Shown here: piece by piece, positions 13,543 to 25,340 of the stretch
Position numbering within the stretch: position 1 is the first letter of the stretch
How the letters are laid out: every line of letters begins with the position of its first letter
DNA from: Octopus vulgaris
Lineage: Eukaryota
Assembly: GCA_951406725.2 (NCBI GenBank)
Contig: OX597817.1
Coordinates: 30,752,001-30,816,000 of the forward strand
Direction of reading: 5' to 3'
DNA: 64,000 nucleotides
Made by a program: the position numbers and the translations under genes
The notes under the pieces: model-generated
Seen by the model: only the letters and a program-made list of their open reading frames with translations
Told to the model about the DNA's origin: nothing
Databases searched by the model: none

Positions 13543-13740
13543 GCAGCACGGAATTTTGTCAGTGAACAGGTCGCAGTCTCAAAGTGATGGAAATATTTTG
13601 ACAAATTAAATTTAAATGCTGAAGTGAATCTAACGGTTTTTGTGTTTCTTAAATGGCTTATAAACACCTTCCATGTTGCAATTGTTTTCGTTCCAGCACA
13701 CGATCTCAGATCAAGTCACTCGCTATGCAAGTACATCTCC
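13543..13740 (+). mobile_element. Single-arm copy of the G3-C8 HHR element (HHR at 13556-13604)
   Basis: Reverse complement of 9493-9690. UUGUCA GUGAACA G GUCGC..GUGAU GGAA AUAU UU UGACAA, flanked by (TA)n. Confidence 0.8.
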
Positions 13741-14451
13741 TATATATATATATATATATATACATATATGTACAATACGTACAAATTTCTTCTTGTTTCT
13801 GTCAACCAAATCCACTTACAAAGCTTTGATTGACCTGATGCTATAGTAGGACATACTTGCCCAAGGTACCACATGGTGGAACTGAACTATGTTGTTGAAA
13901 AGTAGACTTTTAAACACACAGCCCTGCAGTACAGTTTTCTTTTTACCCTAGCAAATTTGACTTATAAGGTATTGCTAAACCCAACATTACAAGAGAAGAC
14001 CCTTGCTCTAAAGCAATCCCGTGCCACACAATTGTTAAGTAAAATTTGTTAGGCACAATTGTTAAGTAAAATTTGTTAGGCACAGGACTATACTTGTCAT
14101 ATCAAAATCATATATATCATGAAGAACTCATTTTAAAAATATAAAATGTAACTGAGAATTTATGATTGAAAATTATGCTTTTTCACAGGAATCAAACCAG
14201 AAATCCATATTCTCACAGTGTTTTCCTGTTTACTCCAAGATAAGTTTAGAGATTAACTCCTTTCAGGTTAAGTCCCAATATTTATCTGCTTTTCTGGGAC
14301 AACTAGACCAGTATTAATTCCTCATTATTTTACAGATTTCTTGTAGTGGTAGGCAACAGATGACTAACATAAGAATGTATCCATTTTTGATACAACAAAA
14401 TGGAGTTGAACTAACGTGAGACAGGAATTCCTAGTTCCAAACATGCTGATA

Positions 14452-14869
14452 TACTCTTTTACTCTTTTACTTGTTTCAGTCATTTGACTGCGGCCATACT
14501 GGAGCACCGCCTTTAGTCGAGCAAATCGATTCCGGGACTTATTCTTTGTAAGCCCAGTACTTATTCCATCGGTCTCTTTTGCCGAACCACTAAGTGACGG
14601 GGACGTAAACACACCAGCATCAGTTGTCAAGCAATGCTAGGGGGGACAAACACAGACACACAAACATATACACACACATACATATATATATATATATACA
14701 TATATACGACAGGCTTCTTTCAGTTTCCGTCTACCAAATCCACTCACAAGGCATTGGTCGGCCCGAGGCTATAGCAGAAGACACTTGCCCAAGATGCCAC
14801 GCAGTGGGACTGAACCCAGAACCATGTGGTTGGTAAGCAAGCTACTTACCACACAGCCACTCCTGCGCC
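14452..14869 (-). mobile_element. SINE family A
   Basis: Full-length copy, head GGCGCAGGAGTGGCTGTGTGG. Confidence 0.9.
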
Positions 14870-15574
14870 TATCTATAAATACCCTAAAGGTTTATAATTT
14901 ATTAATATTTTCAAATTCAATTTTAAGTCACTTCCTCAAATCAAGCAAGTAAGAGTCGATTGGTTCAATCAACATTAATTAATTTTTTGATCTTGAACTC
15001 TAAGTTACAATGTCTTAATTTTTATACTCAAATATGCTCTATTCTTCTGCCTTAATGCATTCAGTATCTGAATTAGAAATAATCAGTAATTTTTTGGTGT
15101 CTTCAGACTACAGATTCTCATTTAGATAAGGAAAAAATATTGTTGGTTCTTAAATCAAAGTTTCGTAGACTATGCATGAGTTCATTGCATTTATTCATCT
15201 TCAAGTTGTGATCTATTGGAGCAGTTTAATCTTGCTATACCTTAAAGGATGTCTATAAGATTAAACCAAACTGATATTATTGTTAATTGAAAAATTGATC
15301 TTTCATAGATATGAAATTATGTATCATCATTAACATCCTCATCATCATTTAACGTCTGCTTTCCATGCTAGCATGGGTTGGGCGATTTGACTGAGGACTG
15401 GCGAACCAGATAGCTGCACCAGGCTCCAATCTGATCCGAGAGAGTAGTATATGTAAAAGTGTATAAAGAGAAAGGAGCAGAGAGAGAGATAAAGAAAGAG
15501 ATGAAAAAAGAGAAAGACTAATAATGGTCAGCTTAGTCTCTACATGTTGTTAATATTTAATTTATTTAAGATAA

Positions 15575-15775
15575 TGAGATGCCAGAATCATTAGCACACG
15601 AGGTAAAATATTAAGCAGCATTTCATCCATCTTTACATTCTGAGTTCAAATTCTGCCAAGGTTGACTTTTCCTTCCATTCTTTTGAGATTCAATAAAATA
15701 AGAACCAGTTGGATTCTGGGGTCGATGAAATTGACTTATCGCTATCCTGGCCTTGTGCTAAAATTCGAAACCTGT
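15575..15775 (+). mobile_element. Degenerate SINE family C
   Basis: ctgagttcaaattctgccaaggttgactttt core. Confidence 0.7.
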
Positions 15776-17189
15776 ATTCAATTTGTTCATATTAAAACTA
15801 TTCATTTGAAATAACTAAGCTGTAGTAAGCTATCAAGTGGATTTATATACTCACATAGTAAGGCAATATGATAATTCTCTGCCTTTCTTAATTGTATGTT
15901 ATAGGACGATGAATATGACTAGTTATTTTTCCTGCTACAGTTACTTAGAAGAGGCCAGTATCTATGATCATTTTGCAGGGCCACCAAGATCTGTGGGGTA
16001 AAAGAAGGGAAGATCTTAATATCATGAAACCAGAGACTTTATCTGAATGTTTACAACAGTGTGAGCTTCACTGAGGCACTGATATTAAACAGGTAATTGA
16101 TTAAATCATCTACCACCCAAATCATATTTAAACAAAAGTTTATATGAAATTAATCAAAAAACACTAACACCATGGATTACTGCTGCTTTCAGTAACATGC
16201 TGGTTAACTAATAAATAAATCAGTACCTTCCGGTTTTAGAAATAAACAAATCTCAGTTTATTTTGAACCTTCATGGTATGTTGTATTTTGGCCAAATAAG
16301 TGTTAATAGAGCATGTCTGATGACTTCGATATCTGGTCCTTGCATACATATATATATGTATATATAAATATAATCATAATGATGATGATGTATATGTATG
16401 CATATATGTATATTGTTGTACTTCAGGATGGTCATTTTATTTTTTTTGTTTTTGTACATATATATATATATGATGCACACATATATATACACACACAATT
16501 TATGACAATATATCATTTGTATTAAAGCTCACCTCTATCAGAAAACAGCAAATTTATTTCTCTACAATTCTGATTTTTTCTTTTAAATAATTCATTGGTA
16601 AACTGGGAATATTAATCTTAAAACAAAGTAAAATGAATTTGTTTATTTTTTTAAAGGCATAGTTTTGCTAGATTTCAGAATTCCCTGGATACTATCATAT
16701 TTTAAAGCACACATTTTTCTGTCCTTGTTCTAGCATTTGTACTGTTTCCTAATGCAACCAATATGTTGCTCAAATCAAATTATAGTTCATCTAACAATGG
16801 AGGTCTTTTGCTGTTGGTTAGGTCCTGGACAGCTGTTTTCCTTCCACGAGAAGGCAGAATTTGAAATCAGAATTCAAAGTACCAGAACAGACCACATAAC
16901 ATCTTGTTCAAAGCTATAACAATCCAACCAGTCCACAACCTTGAACACTGAACAGATGAAAGACTAATTTGAACTCAGATCCCAGCCAACCAAATCAAAT
17001 ATTGCAAGGAATTCTCTTCAATGGTCTGATGACTCTACTTATTTGCCGCCTTACCATCATTTGAAACTGATTCAACATCACAAAAAGTAAAACAGAGACT
17101 ATAGTATATCTTATATTTAATAAAGAACAATGAGCTATAAAATCATTATATATTCGTCAAGATTCCGTTGATAAATACCTAAAGCTCTG

Positions 17190-17591
17190 TTACTCTTTTA
17201 CTTGTTTCAGTCATTTGACTGTGGCCATGCTGGAGCACCACCTTTAGTCGAGCAAATCGACCCCAGGACTTATTCTTTGTAAGCCTAGTACTTATTCTAT
17301 TGGTTCTTTTGCCAAACCACTAAGTTACAGGGATGTAAACACACCAGCATCGGTTGTCAAGTGATGTTGGGGGGACAAACACAGACACACAAACACACAC
17401 ATACATACATATATATATGCATATATACGACGGGCTTCTTTTAATTTTCTGTCTACCAAATCCACTCACAAGGCTTTGGTCGGTCCGAGGTTATAGTAGA
17501 AGACACTTGCCCAAGGTGCCACGCAGTGGGACTGAACCCGGAACCATGTAGTCTGTAAGCAAGCTACTTACCACACAGCCACTCCTGCATC
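17190..17591 (-). mobile_element. SINE family A
   Basis: Full-length copy. Confidence 0.9.
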
Positions 17592-18424
17592 TATGCAATT
17601 GTTCTTTTCAAATTGCTTTGTATATATGACTGAAGTCTGAAACTTTAGATGAGATGCTGTGACATTCAAGTATTTACAAAGTCATAACATAGCACAATAA
17701 AGCTGGGTCATTGAGGGAGTGTCTACATGCAATATAGCAGCTAAATTTCCTCAAATCATGCTTTACCAAATTAAAACATGAAGGACATATATATAGAACC
17801 GTGTCATCCTAAATATCAAAAAATTACAAGAGTATCATAACTGGAAATCTTTTGATCATAGATCAATAACAACAACTTCATGAAGCTAATCACTTCAATA
17901 ATTATATACGTGCATTACACTAATGCAGAGCTCTGAGAAGAGATAAGAAATATCAGTGAGACTTACATTTTACTTTCATTTAGAAATGTGATATTTCCTG
18001 CCAGGAGTTGAAACAAAGTTATGGAGTAGGCTCATAAAAAAAATTTTTCTCCTTTGCAGCACTAATCATGATGTACTTTTACAATAACTATCAGAATCTG
18101 TGAGGATGGTTATTATTTAATGGTTTGAAAATACAACAAAATAACTATGCTCATACTGAAATAACTACCACAATTATTGTCAGTTGGTAATTGATAATAG
18201 ATAAAGGACTCGAGTTTTAGACACAACTAGAATATTTCAAACATATACACACATACACACATGCACACACACACACACACGTACACACACAAACACATAC
18301 ACACTCATACTTACTTGCATTACATGCATCCGTCCATACATTCATACATAAATACATGTTCACATACAAGCATACATACATACATACAAACATACATACA
18401 TACATACATACATACATACATACA

Positions 18425-18496
<72 letters not shown>

Positions 18497-18584
18497 GACA
18501 TGCACAAGCATATTATAAATATATACAAACATATATAAATATTCATATATGTATAAGACATGTATGTATAGATTTACATATATG

Positions 18585-18624
<40 letters not shown>

Positions 18625-18626
<2 letters not shown>

Positions 18627-19263
18627 GTGTGTGTGATTGTGTATAGAAGAATATATTAATAAAAAGAATTCCAACCTTGTCTGATTTTCACGTTTTATTT
18701 ACAATCTTATAATGATATATTATAAGATAATATATTATAATTGAATAAAATAAAATGAAATAGTAGAATGTTAAATATTCATTCTGATTGAACTAGTACT
18801 TTCATGCATTGAATTCTGCAATCTTCGGGTTCATGTAGTAGTGTTGACAGTCATGCTTCACAATTTTTGACTGTAGCAAGATGAGTGATTCTGTGCTATA
18901 AATACAGCTGGGTAGGCTCCAGAGTGCTAGGTTTTGCAAACTGTATTCTGACCAATCAGTGTGTAGTATCACTCAATTACTTAAGCTGATTGGTTGGTTG
19001 AGCTGATTGGTTTAGGCATCACGCTTTGTTGGACAGGTCAAGAGTCCTGTATCTTGACCCTGGCCGAAGCAGCAATTGTTGGGTTATTTTTAGAAATGTT
19101 GTAAATATCCTTTGTCAGAGATTTTTATATTTTTATATTTCAATTGTCATCATCATCATTGTCAGCACCTTAATTATTGTTGCTAGTGGTGATGGTGGTG
19201 GCAATAGAACTTTTAACCCTAAATAAGATAATTTTCCTGCTATCTTCGTCTTGATCACCTTTA
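18625..19263 (-). repeat. 3' pseudo-LTR of the PLE
   Basis: Matches 22895-23533 (offset 4270) with no differences noticed by eye. Confidence 0.95.
18789..18833 (-). ncRNA. Minimal type I hammerhead ribozyme in pLTR (U4C core)
   Basis: UGAAC CCGAAGA U UGCA gaauucaa UGCA U GAAA GUAC UA GUUCA; stem III is the palindrome AGUACU. Confidence 0.8.
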
Positions 19264-19327
19264 GTATTGTTGTTGTTGTTAGTGGTCATGGTCGTAGCAG
19301 TGGAAGTAATACCTCTAAGTATTATTA

Positions 19328-21661
19328 TTATTGCTTATTTAGCTTGGGTTCGAATTTATCAATAAAATTCTTTTCTCTGATTTTCCTCTCGATTTCACTT
19401 GGGCTGTGTAATTTGTAGAATGGAAATATTATATATATTTTCCGACCACATGTTGCTAGGTGGTTACTCAAAGGTATCTGACGGACCTCTGGGTCTCTAA
19501 TCTGTTGCCGGTGTACACGTGAGCGTTCTAATAGTGCGTTTCCCGTCTGACCTACATATATTTCTTCACAATTTGGGCATTTGATGCAGTAAATTAAATT
19601 TCTGCTTTTGCAGTTCATATTCGCGTTTGTGAATATTTTCCCGGTTTTTGTGTTTATATATTGACCGGTATGTATGAATTGGCATGTGCCACATCGGCTA
19701 TCATTGCATTTAGATACCGTGAATGTTTGGTCTTTGTTGCTGAGGTCAAATTTTGCCTTTGTTAGTAATGTTTTCAAGTTTTTAGGCTGTCTTTTACTAA
19801 GCACCATAGCTCGATCCTTGATTATGTCTTTTAATTCATTACTTTGGGCAATGATTGGTAGGTTTGCTTTGGCAATGTTGAAGATATTCTGGTGACATGG
19901 GTTGTGTGTCACTATGAATGGTATGACTTGTTCTTGTTTTCCTCTTCCTTGGGTTGTCCTAAGTTGTTGTATAGGTATTTTTATAGCCCGCTGTATGCCA
20001 TTTTCTATAAGTAGAGATGGGTATTTTTGTTTGAGCAAAAATTCTCTTAGTTCTATTAGGCGTTTGTTCCTGATATTTGCATCTTCTACAATAGTACAAA
20101 TTCTTCTGGCTAGGCAGTATGGGATGTTACGTTTTGTATGTGGTGGATGGCACGACTTAAAATTTAGGTATTGATGTGTGTCTGTGTGTTTATAGTATAT
20201 ATCTGTGGTGATGGTGGTGTCTTTTTTAATTACCATTATATCCAGGAATGGTAATTTGGTACTACTCATCTCCTTTGTAAATTTGAGAGATGGGTGTAGG
20301 TTGTTCAGGAGGATATTGAACTCTTCCAGAGTATTTAGAGATTCTGTCCAGATTATGAAACAGTCGTCTAGGTATCTCTTCCATGCCTTTTCAATATACT
20401 TTCTAAATCCAGTGCCATAGTTTACCTCCACCTCTTGGTAGAGTTGTTCTTCTAAGTATCCCATTACAGAGTTGGCGTAAACGGGAGCAAACCTCGTTCC
20501 CATCGCCGTGCCTCTAATTTGGATGTAATTCTTTCCATTGAAGAAGAATGTGTTATTTTCTAGAATAAGTTTGACTGTGTCTAATATAAATGGCACTGTG
20601 AATCTGCTGGGAATCACTTCTCTATGTTTTTCTAACCAGTATTTAGTCGCCTTTATTCCTAAATCGTGTGGAATATTGGTGTAGAGGCTTACCACATCAA
20701 AACTTAGCAAAACTGAATTTGTTTCTGTTGTTTTGGGAAGATGGGACAGGAAGTCGATGTCATCCCTGATGAAACTTGGTATGTAAGTACATAGTGGTTT
20801 CAAAACAATGTCAATAAAATTGCTTAGACGGTGTGTAGGGCATGCTGGACCAGCTATAATAGGTCTAAGTTTTAGGTCTTTTGGATGTAATAATTTTATG
20901 TACTCACTTTCTTGTTCTTTTACTGCCTGTTGAATGTTTTTTGATTTGTGTATTTTTGGTAAGCCGTAGAAGTTGCTGGGTTTTGGTTCAAAATTGGTGA
21001 TGTAGTCTTTTTCATTATCCGTAAGTGAGTTGTGGTGTGTTGAAATCAGGTTGTTGATCTTTTTCATGATGTGGTGGTCTATATTTGCGGGTATTTCACA
21101 ATAGAAGGTTGTATCCTTCAGTTGGTCTTCAACCAAATCCTTATAGTATTCGGTATCCATAATAACAATTGCACCACCTTTATCTGCTTGTTTAATTATT
21201 ATTGTTTGATCGTTTTGTATACGTTTACATGCAGACATCTCTGATTTGCTAATGTTTGGCCTAACATTGGTATTGCGTCTAAGGGGAAATTTAGACAGGA
21301 TATCAATGTATTGGTCAAGGTAGTTATTTCTTCCTTTTGGTGGGGTGAAATTTGATTTATTCCTTACTAGGGATTCATCAATCTCATTACTTTTGTTAGC
21401 GAAGAATTCTACAAGTCGTAATTTTCGACAGAATTTTTGGATATCCTCCTTTAATTCTTGGTGGTTGGCTGTTGGTGTAGGTGTGAATTTCAGTCCTTTT
21501 GACAGAAGTTGGATTTCATCATTGTCAAGATCTCTTTTTGATAAATTAATTATTTTAGGATCTATACGTTCAGTTGTTTGGGGTATGTTTCCTCTTGGAT
21601 TTTTCTTTCTCCGGTGTTTGTTGTCCTGACGTAAAAAAATGGATTTTTTTCTGGTTATGAT
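19328..21661 (-). CDS. PLE reverse transcriptase / GIY-YIG endonuclease (open frame; first ATG at 21238)
   Basis: IINLS..LLSKGLKFTPTP, ADKGGAIV, FYGLPKIHK, LRPII, SFDVVSLYTNIP, GTAMG, RYLDD, LPFLD, HP, linker C-x4-C-x2-C, LIYCIKCPNC..YVGQT, R..H, E. The frame is open from the TAA at 21662-21664. Confidence 0.93.
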   Translation of the reverse strand: MITRKKSIFLRQDNKHRRKKNPRGNIPQTTERIDPKIINLSKRDLDNDEIQLLSKGLKFTPTPTANHQELKEDIQKFCRKLRLVEFFANKSNEIDESLVRNKSNFTPPKGRNNYLDQYIDILSKFPLRRNTNVRPNISKSEMSACKRIQNDQTIIIKQADKGGAIVIMDTEYYKDLVEDQLKDTTFYCEIPANIDHHIMKKINNLISTHHNSLTDNEKDYITNFEPKPSNFYGLPKIHKSKNIQQAVKEQESEYIKLLHPKDLKLRPIIAGPACPTHRLSNFIDIVLKPLCTYIPSFIRDDIDFLSHLPKTTETNSVLLSFDVVSLYTNIPHDLGIKATKYWLEKHREVIPSRFTVPFILDTVKLILENNTFFFNGKNYIQIRGTAMGTRFAPVYANSVMGYLEEQLYQEVEVNYGTGFRKYIEKAWKRYLDDCFIIWTESLNTLEEFNILLNNLHPSLKFTKEMSSTKLPFLDIMVIKKDTTITTDIYYKHTDTHQYLNFKSCHPPHTKRNIPYCLARRICTIVEDANIRNKRLIELREFLLKQKYPSLLIENGIQRAIKIPIQQLRTTQGRGKQEQVIPFIVTHNPCHQNIFNIAKANLPIIAQSNELKDIIKDRAMVLSKRQPKNLKTLLTKAKFDLSNKDQTFTVSKCNDSRCGTCQFIHTGQYINTKTGKIFTNANMNCKSRNLIYCIKCPNCEEIYVGQTGNALLERSRVHRQQIRDPEVRQIPLSNHLATCGRKIYIIFPFYKLHSPSEIERKIREKNFIDKFEPKLNKQ

Positions 21662-22853
21662 TTATATTTCTGTTGATGTTTGCTTGATGAATTTTGCGTT
21701 TTGGTTGTGGTACTTTACTTGGTTTCGTTATGTTTTCTGTCTTGTTTTTGGTATTATGTATGCTACTTTTCAATTTCTTGTTAGCATTGTTTTTAACCAC
21801 CTGGAGAAATGATCTGGGTTTACTTCTAGATCTAGATCGGTTTTTTGTCCAGTTTCTTGTGGGTAATCTCTGTTGAGGTCTTGAAAATGATCTCCTGTTA
21901 TTTCTACTGCTAATGGTCTGTTCAAAACAATATCTATTTTGTTTGTGCTTTTTGTTCATGTTGTGTGCATTAGGGTGTTTGCATACAAAATGGGAAGAGT
22001 TCTTACCGTAGTTCGTCTTCGATTCGTGGTGAAACGGGTGTTCATGTTGCCACGTGTTCTGGTGTATGTTGCGTTGGTGAGGTTGTCCACTTTTAATGCT
22101 ATTTCTCGGAGTTCTGGTGTCTTTACCGTAATTTGTAGCATATTTGTCGAGAAATAATTGTTTCCGCTGCCAAAACTTTCTTGATCTGCTTTCTTCTTTT
22201 GAGATATCTCTGATCCACAGTTCTCGCATTTTTTCTGCTATATTGCCGGTCGTTAGTTTGGATATTTCATCTCTGATTTGATCATCGATAGCTTCGTATT
22301 TGGCTTTGTAGCGGGATTGTTTAGACAGGGTAATGGAGATGTCGGTCCTGAATTTTATCAAACTAAGGTCCCATCAAAGTTTAGTTTCTTCCTCTGGTTC
22401 TCCTGCAATTTCTTTAATTAGGTACTTCCGAGGAAGTATGGGTGCCGCTAAAGATATCCATTTCGAATGTATTTCAGCATATTTTTCGCATTTATATGCC
22501 TTCCAGAAGTTTTGTTTTCTTATGTTAAGGAGTTTTTTCCATGTCTTCTGTATCTCTTCTCTTTTTCGGTGTGCCTCTTTTTCCAGATTTCTTTCGTTTA
22601 TTTCTGACATCCAAGGAGGTTGTGGTAGGCTTTCTCTTGTAGATTTTATAATTGTTGGTATCATTTCAGCTAAATTCTTAATTTCAGAGTTTATGTGTTC
22701 ATTTCCAAGTTTTCCGTCTGTAGACTGTTTTTCTATTTCCTTTAAAATAGAGGATTGTGTGTCAATCATCGTGATGAGTGTTGATAATTTCGATGAAATT
22801 TCCATTAGAATTCTTTCGGATTCTGTTAATTTTGTTTGTTGCTTTCCAGACAT
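21570..22853 (-). CDS. PLE upstream ORF (~428 codons, one in-frame TGA at 22374-22376); helical N-terminal half, basic RS-rich C-terminal half
   Basis: The 159-aa and 263-aa ORFs are in the same frame (..ETKL*WDLSLIKF..) and lie between the pLTRs. It contains RSRSRSKPRS. Confidence 0.7.
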
Positions 22854-23058
22854 GTTGGCATATACACAATAGGAATATATATATATATATATATGGGTGT
22901 GTGTGATTGTGTATAGAAGAATATATTAATAAAAAGAATTCCAACCTTGTCTGATTTTCACGTTTTATTTACAATCTTATAATGATATATTATAAGATAA
23001 TATATTATAATTGAATAAAATAAAATGAAATAGTAGAATGTTAAATATTCATTCTGAT

Positions 23059-23103
23059 TGAACTAGTACTTTCATGCATTGAATTCTGCAATCTTCGGGT
23101 TCA
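23059..23103 (-). ncRNA. Minimal type I hammerhead ribozyme in 5' pLTR
   Basis: Identical to 18789-18833. Confidence 0.8.
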
Positions 23104-23166
23104 TGTAGTAGTGTTGACAGTCATGCTTCACAATTTTTGACTGTAGCAAGATGAGTGATTCTGTGC

Positions 23167-23280
23167 TATAAATACAGCTGGGTAGGCTCCAGAGTGCTAG
23201 GTTTTGCAAACTGTATTCTGACCAATCAGTGTGTAGTATCACTCAATTACTTAAGCTGATTGGTTGGTTGAGCTGATTGG
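23167..23280 (-). promoter_or_regulatory. Putative pLTR Pol II promoter (two CCAAT boxes plus TATTTATA)
   Basis: Minus-strand CCAAT at 23276-23280 and 23259-23263, and TATTTATA at 23167-23174, about 65 nt upstream of the HHR. Confidence 0.4.
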
Positions 23281-24007
23281 TTTAGGCATCACGCTTTGTT
23301 GGACAGGTCAAGAGTCCTGTATCTTGACCCTGGCCGAAGCAGCAATTGTTGGGTTATTTTTAGAAATGTTGTAAATATCCTTTGTCAGAGATTTTTATAT
23401 TTTTATATTTCAATTGTCATCATCATCATTGTCAGCACCTTAATTATTGTTGCTAGTGGTGATGGTGGTGGCAATAGAACTTTTAACCCTAAATAAGATA
23501 ATTTTCCTGCTATCTTCGTCTTGATCACCTTTATGCACATATATGTATGTACATGTGTGTATGTGAGTGTGTGTGAGATGGAGCGAGGGAGACTATATAC
23601 ATAGTACACATAGCTAATTACCTAAACTCTTTCCTGCTTTTAGTGACAAGTGATGGGCAGGCAGTCATCAAAACAATTTTATGCTGTATTAATTTGGGCA
23701 ATTTTGCTTATATGGTTTTCCTCTTTAAAGAAACCTTCCTTGCCAAGACAGCTGACATAAACATGGCAGTAATCTTCATAAATACTCCAGCTTCTTTAAT
23801 AAAGAGCTTCTTTCTGTTTGGCTCTTGTCACTTTTTCTCCTCTTTTCTTCACTTATTACCAACACGAGAAGGGTAGGATTGTGTACATACTTATCAAGGA
23901 CAGTACAGTATCTTAGAAGATTAGGTGTCAGAACATAACTTCAAATTCACAAATGCTTGGCATCCTAACCAGGAAGATATTTATATATTATCAGATATTT
24001 ATATATT

Positions 24008-24245
24008 AAGGCGGCGAGCTGGCAGAAACGTTAGCACGCCGGGCGAAATGCGTAGTCGTATTTCGTCTGCCATTACGTTCTGAGTTCAAATTCCGCCGAG
24101 GTCGACTTTGCCGTTCATCCTTTCGGGGTCGATAAATTAAGTACCAGTTACGCACTGGGGTCGATGTAATCGACTTAATTCGTTTGTCTGTCCTTGTTTG
24201 TCCCCTCTATGTTTAGCCCCTCGTGGGTAGTAAAGAAATAGATAT
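24008..24245 (+). mobile_element. SINE family C (tRNA-like head, Meta-domain-like core)
   Basis: GGCGGCGAGCTGGCAGAA..GAGTTCAAATTCC..GGTCGACTTTGCC.TTCATCCTTTCGGGGTCGATAAATTAAGTACC; about 10 copies. Confidence 0.85.
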
Positions 24246-25107
24246 TTATATATTATCAGCATTTCACTCTTAAACACCATGAAATAGATAGTCATCATAG
24301 GGGAAGGAAAACGGGGGGGGGGGGGGCAAAAGGGAGAAACATTAATAGACTTCATTCCTCCCCACTTACCTCTCTCTCTCTCTATCTACATCATCAACCT
24401 CCTTTATCTTGCTCTTTACAATTTCATATGTTTTGATATGGATGAGTGAACAGTGGGTCACCTTCTGCAAATTATTTGACAAAATAGAACATCAAAGAAA
24501 TAGCCAGTGATCTGAAACAGTTACTAATATTCAACAATAACCATAGCTTCCCTTGTTTGCTCTACCAAACAATAATGTTAGCTAACTGCTAATATTTTTT
24601 CCTAACTATTGTATTTTAGTATAAATACTAAAATACAATAGCTGGTGTTGAAAAGATTGGAAACAAATAAACTCACCTTTTTATTACATAAATATGTACT
24701 CAGCACCCATCTATAATTAACTGTTCAATTAATCCATATTATGATGACCAAGGAGAACAAAACCATATCCTGCATTAGACAGTTAAAACATTTCCCAAAC
24801 TCACTAAAAAAAACGTCTGGTAGTTTGCTTTAGGAATAGTTTAGGTTCTTTTACTAAATCATATCTTCCTACATGCATTCCTCTTCTCTTTTCTCTTTTG
24901 CATCATTTCTAACACTATCCTCATCATGATTTTCACCAGTATCATTATCACTACCATTATTACCATCACCACAACCAGCAACAACAACACTGAAAACACT
25001 ACCATCTCTGCTACAATCATTATATTTTTTGCTTTCTCCATGTTCTAACTTTAGTGATTTCGACCACAGAATTTTAAACTTCACAACTATTCACTATGAA
25101 GAAGTGT

Positions 25108-25340
25108 AAGGCAGTGAGCTGGCAGAATTGTTAGCATGCCGGGCGAAATACATAGCGGTATTTCGTCTGCCGCTACGTTCTGAGTTCAAATTCCGCCAAG
25201 GTTGACTTTGCCTTACATCCTTTCGGGGTTGATTAAATAAGTACCAGTTATGCACTGGGGTCGATATAATCGACTTAATCCCTTTGTCTGTCCTTGTTTG
25301 TCCTCTCTGCATTTAGCCCCTTGTGGTTAATAAAGAATAA
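25108..25340 (+). mobile_element. SINE family C
   Basis: Close copy of 24008-24245, with probable TSD tattcactatgaagaa on both sides. Confidence 0.85.

Larger units (their letters stand above)
18625..23533 (-). mobile_element. Penelope-like retroelement (endonuclease-positive; Neptune/Naiad-type Cys motifs), near intact
   Basis: RT and GIY-YIG ORF flanked by 639-bp direct repeats (pLTRs) containing HHRs; abuts (TA)n. Confidence 0.95.
22895..23533 (-). repeat. 5' pseudo-LTR of the PLE
   Basis: Direct repeat of 18625-19263. Confidence 0.95.

Noticed and set aside
14790-14869. tRNA genes at SINE heads (also 24008, 45641, 47211)
   Set aside because: A and B boxes are present but each is fused to a SINE body and tail, with no convincing cloverleaf.
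22374-22376. In-frame TGA as selenocysteine (some Naiad PLEs encode selenoproteins)
   Set aside because: It lies in the upstream ORF, not at a conserved Cys of the endonuclease or linker, and I saw no SECIS. A CGA-to-TGA mutation is simpler; a family consensus would decide.
19026-23496. Plus-strand ORFs within the PLE (66-179 aa)
   Set aside because: Antisense shadows of the element's coding strand or pLTR, with no recognisable motifs.
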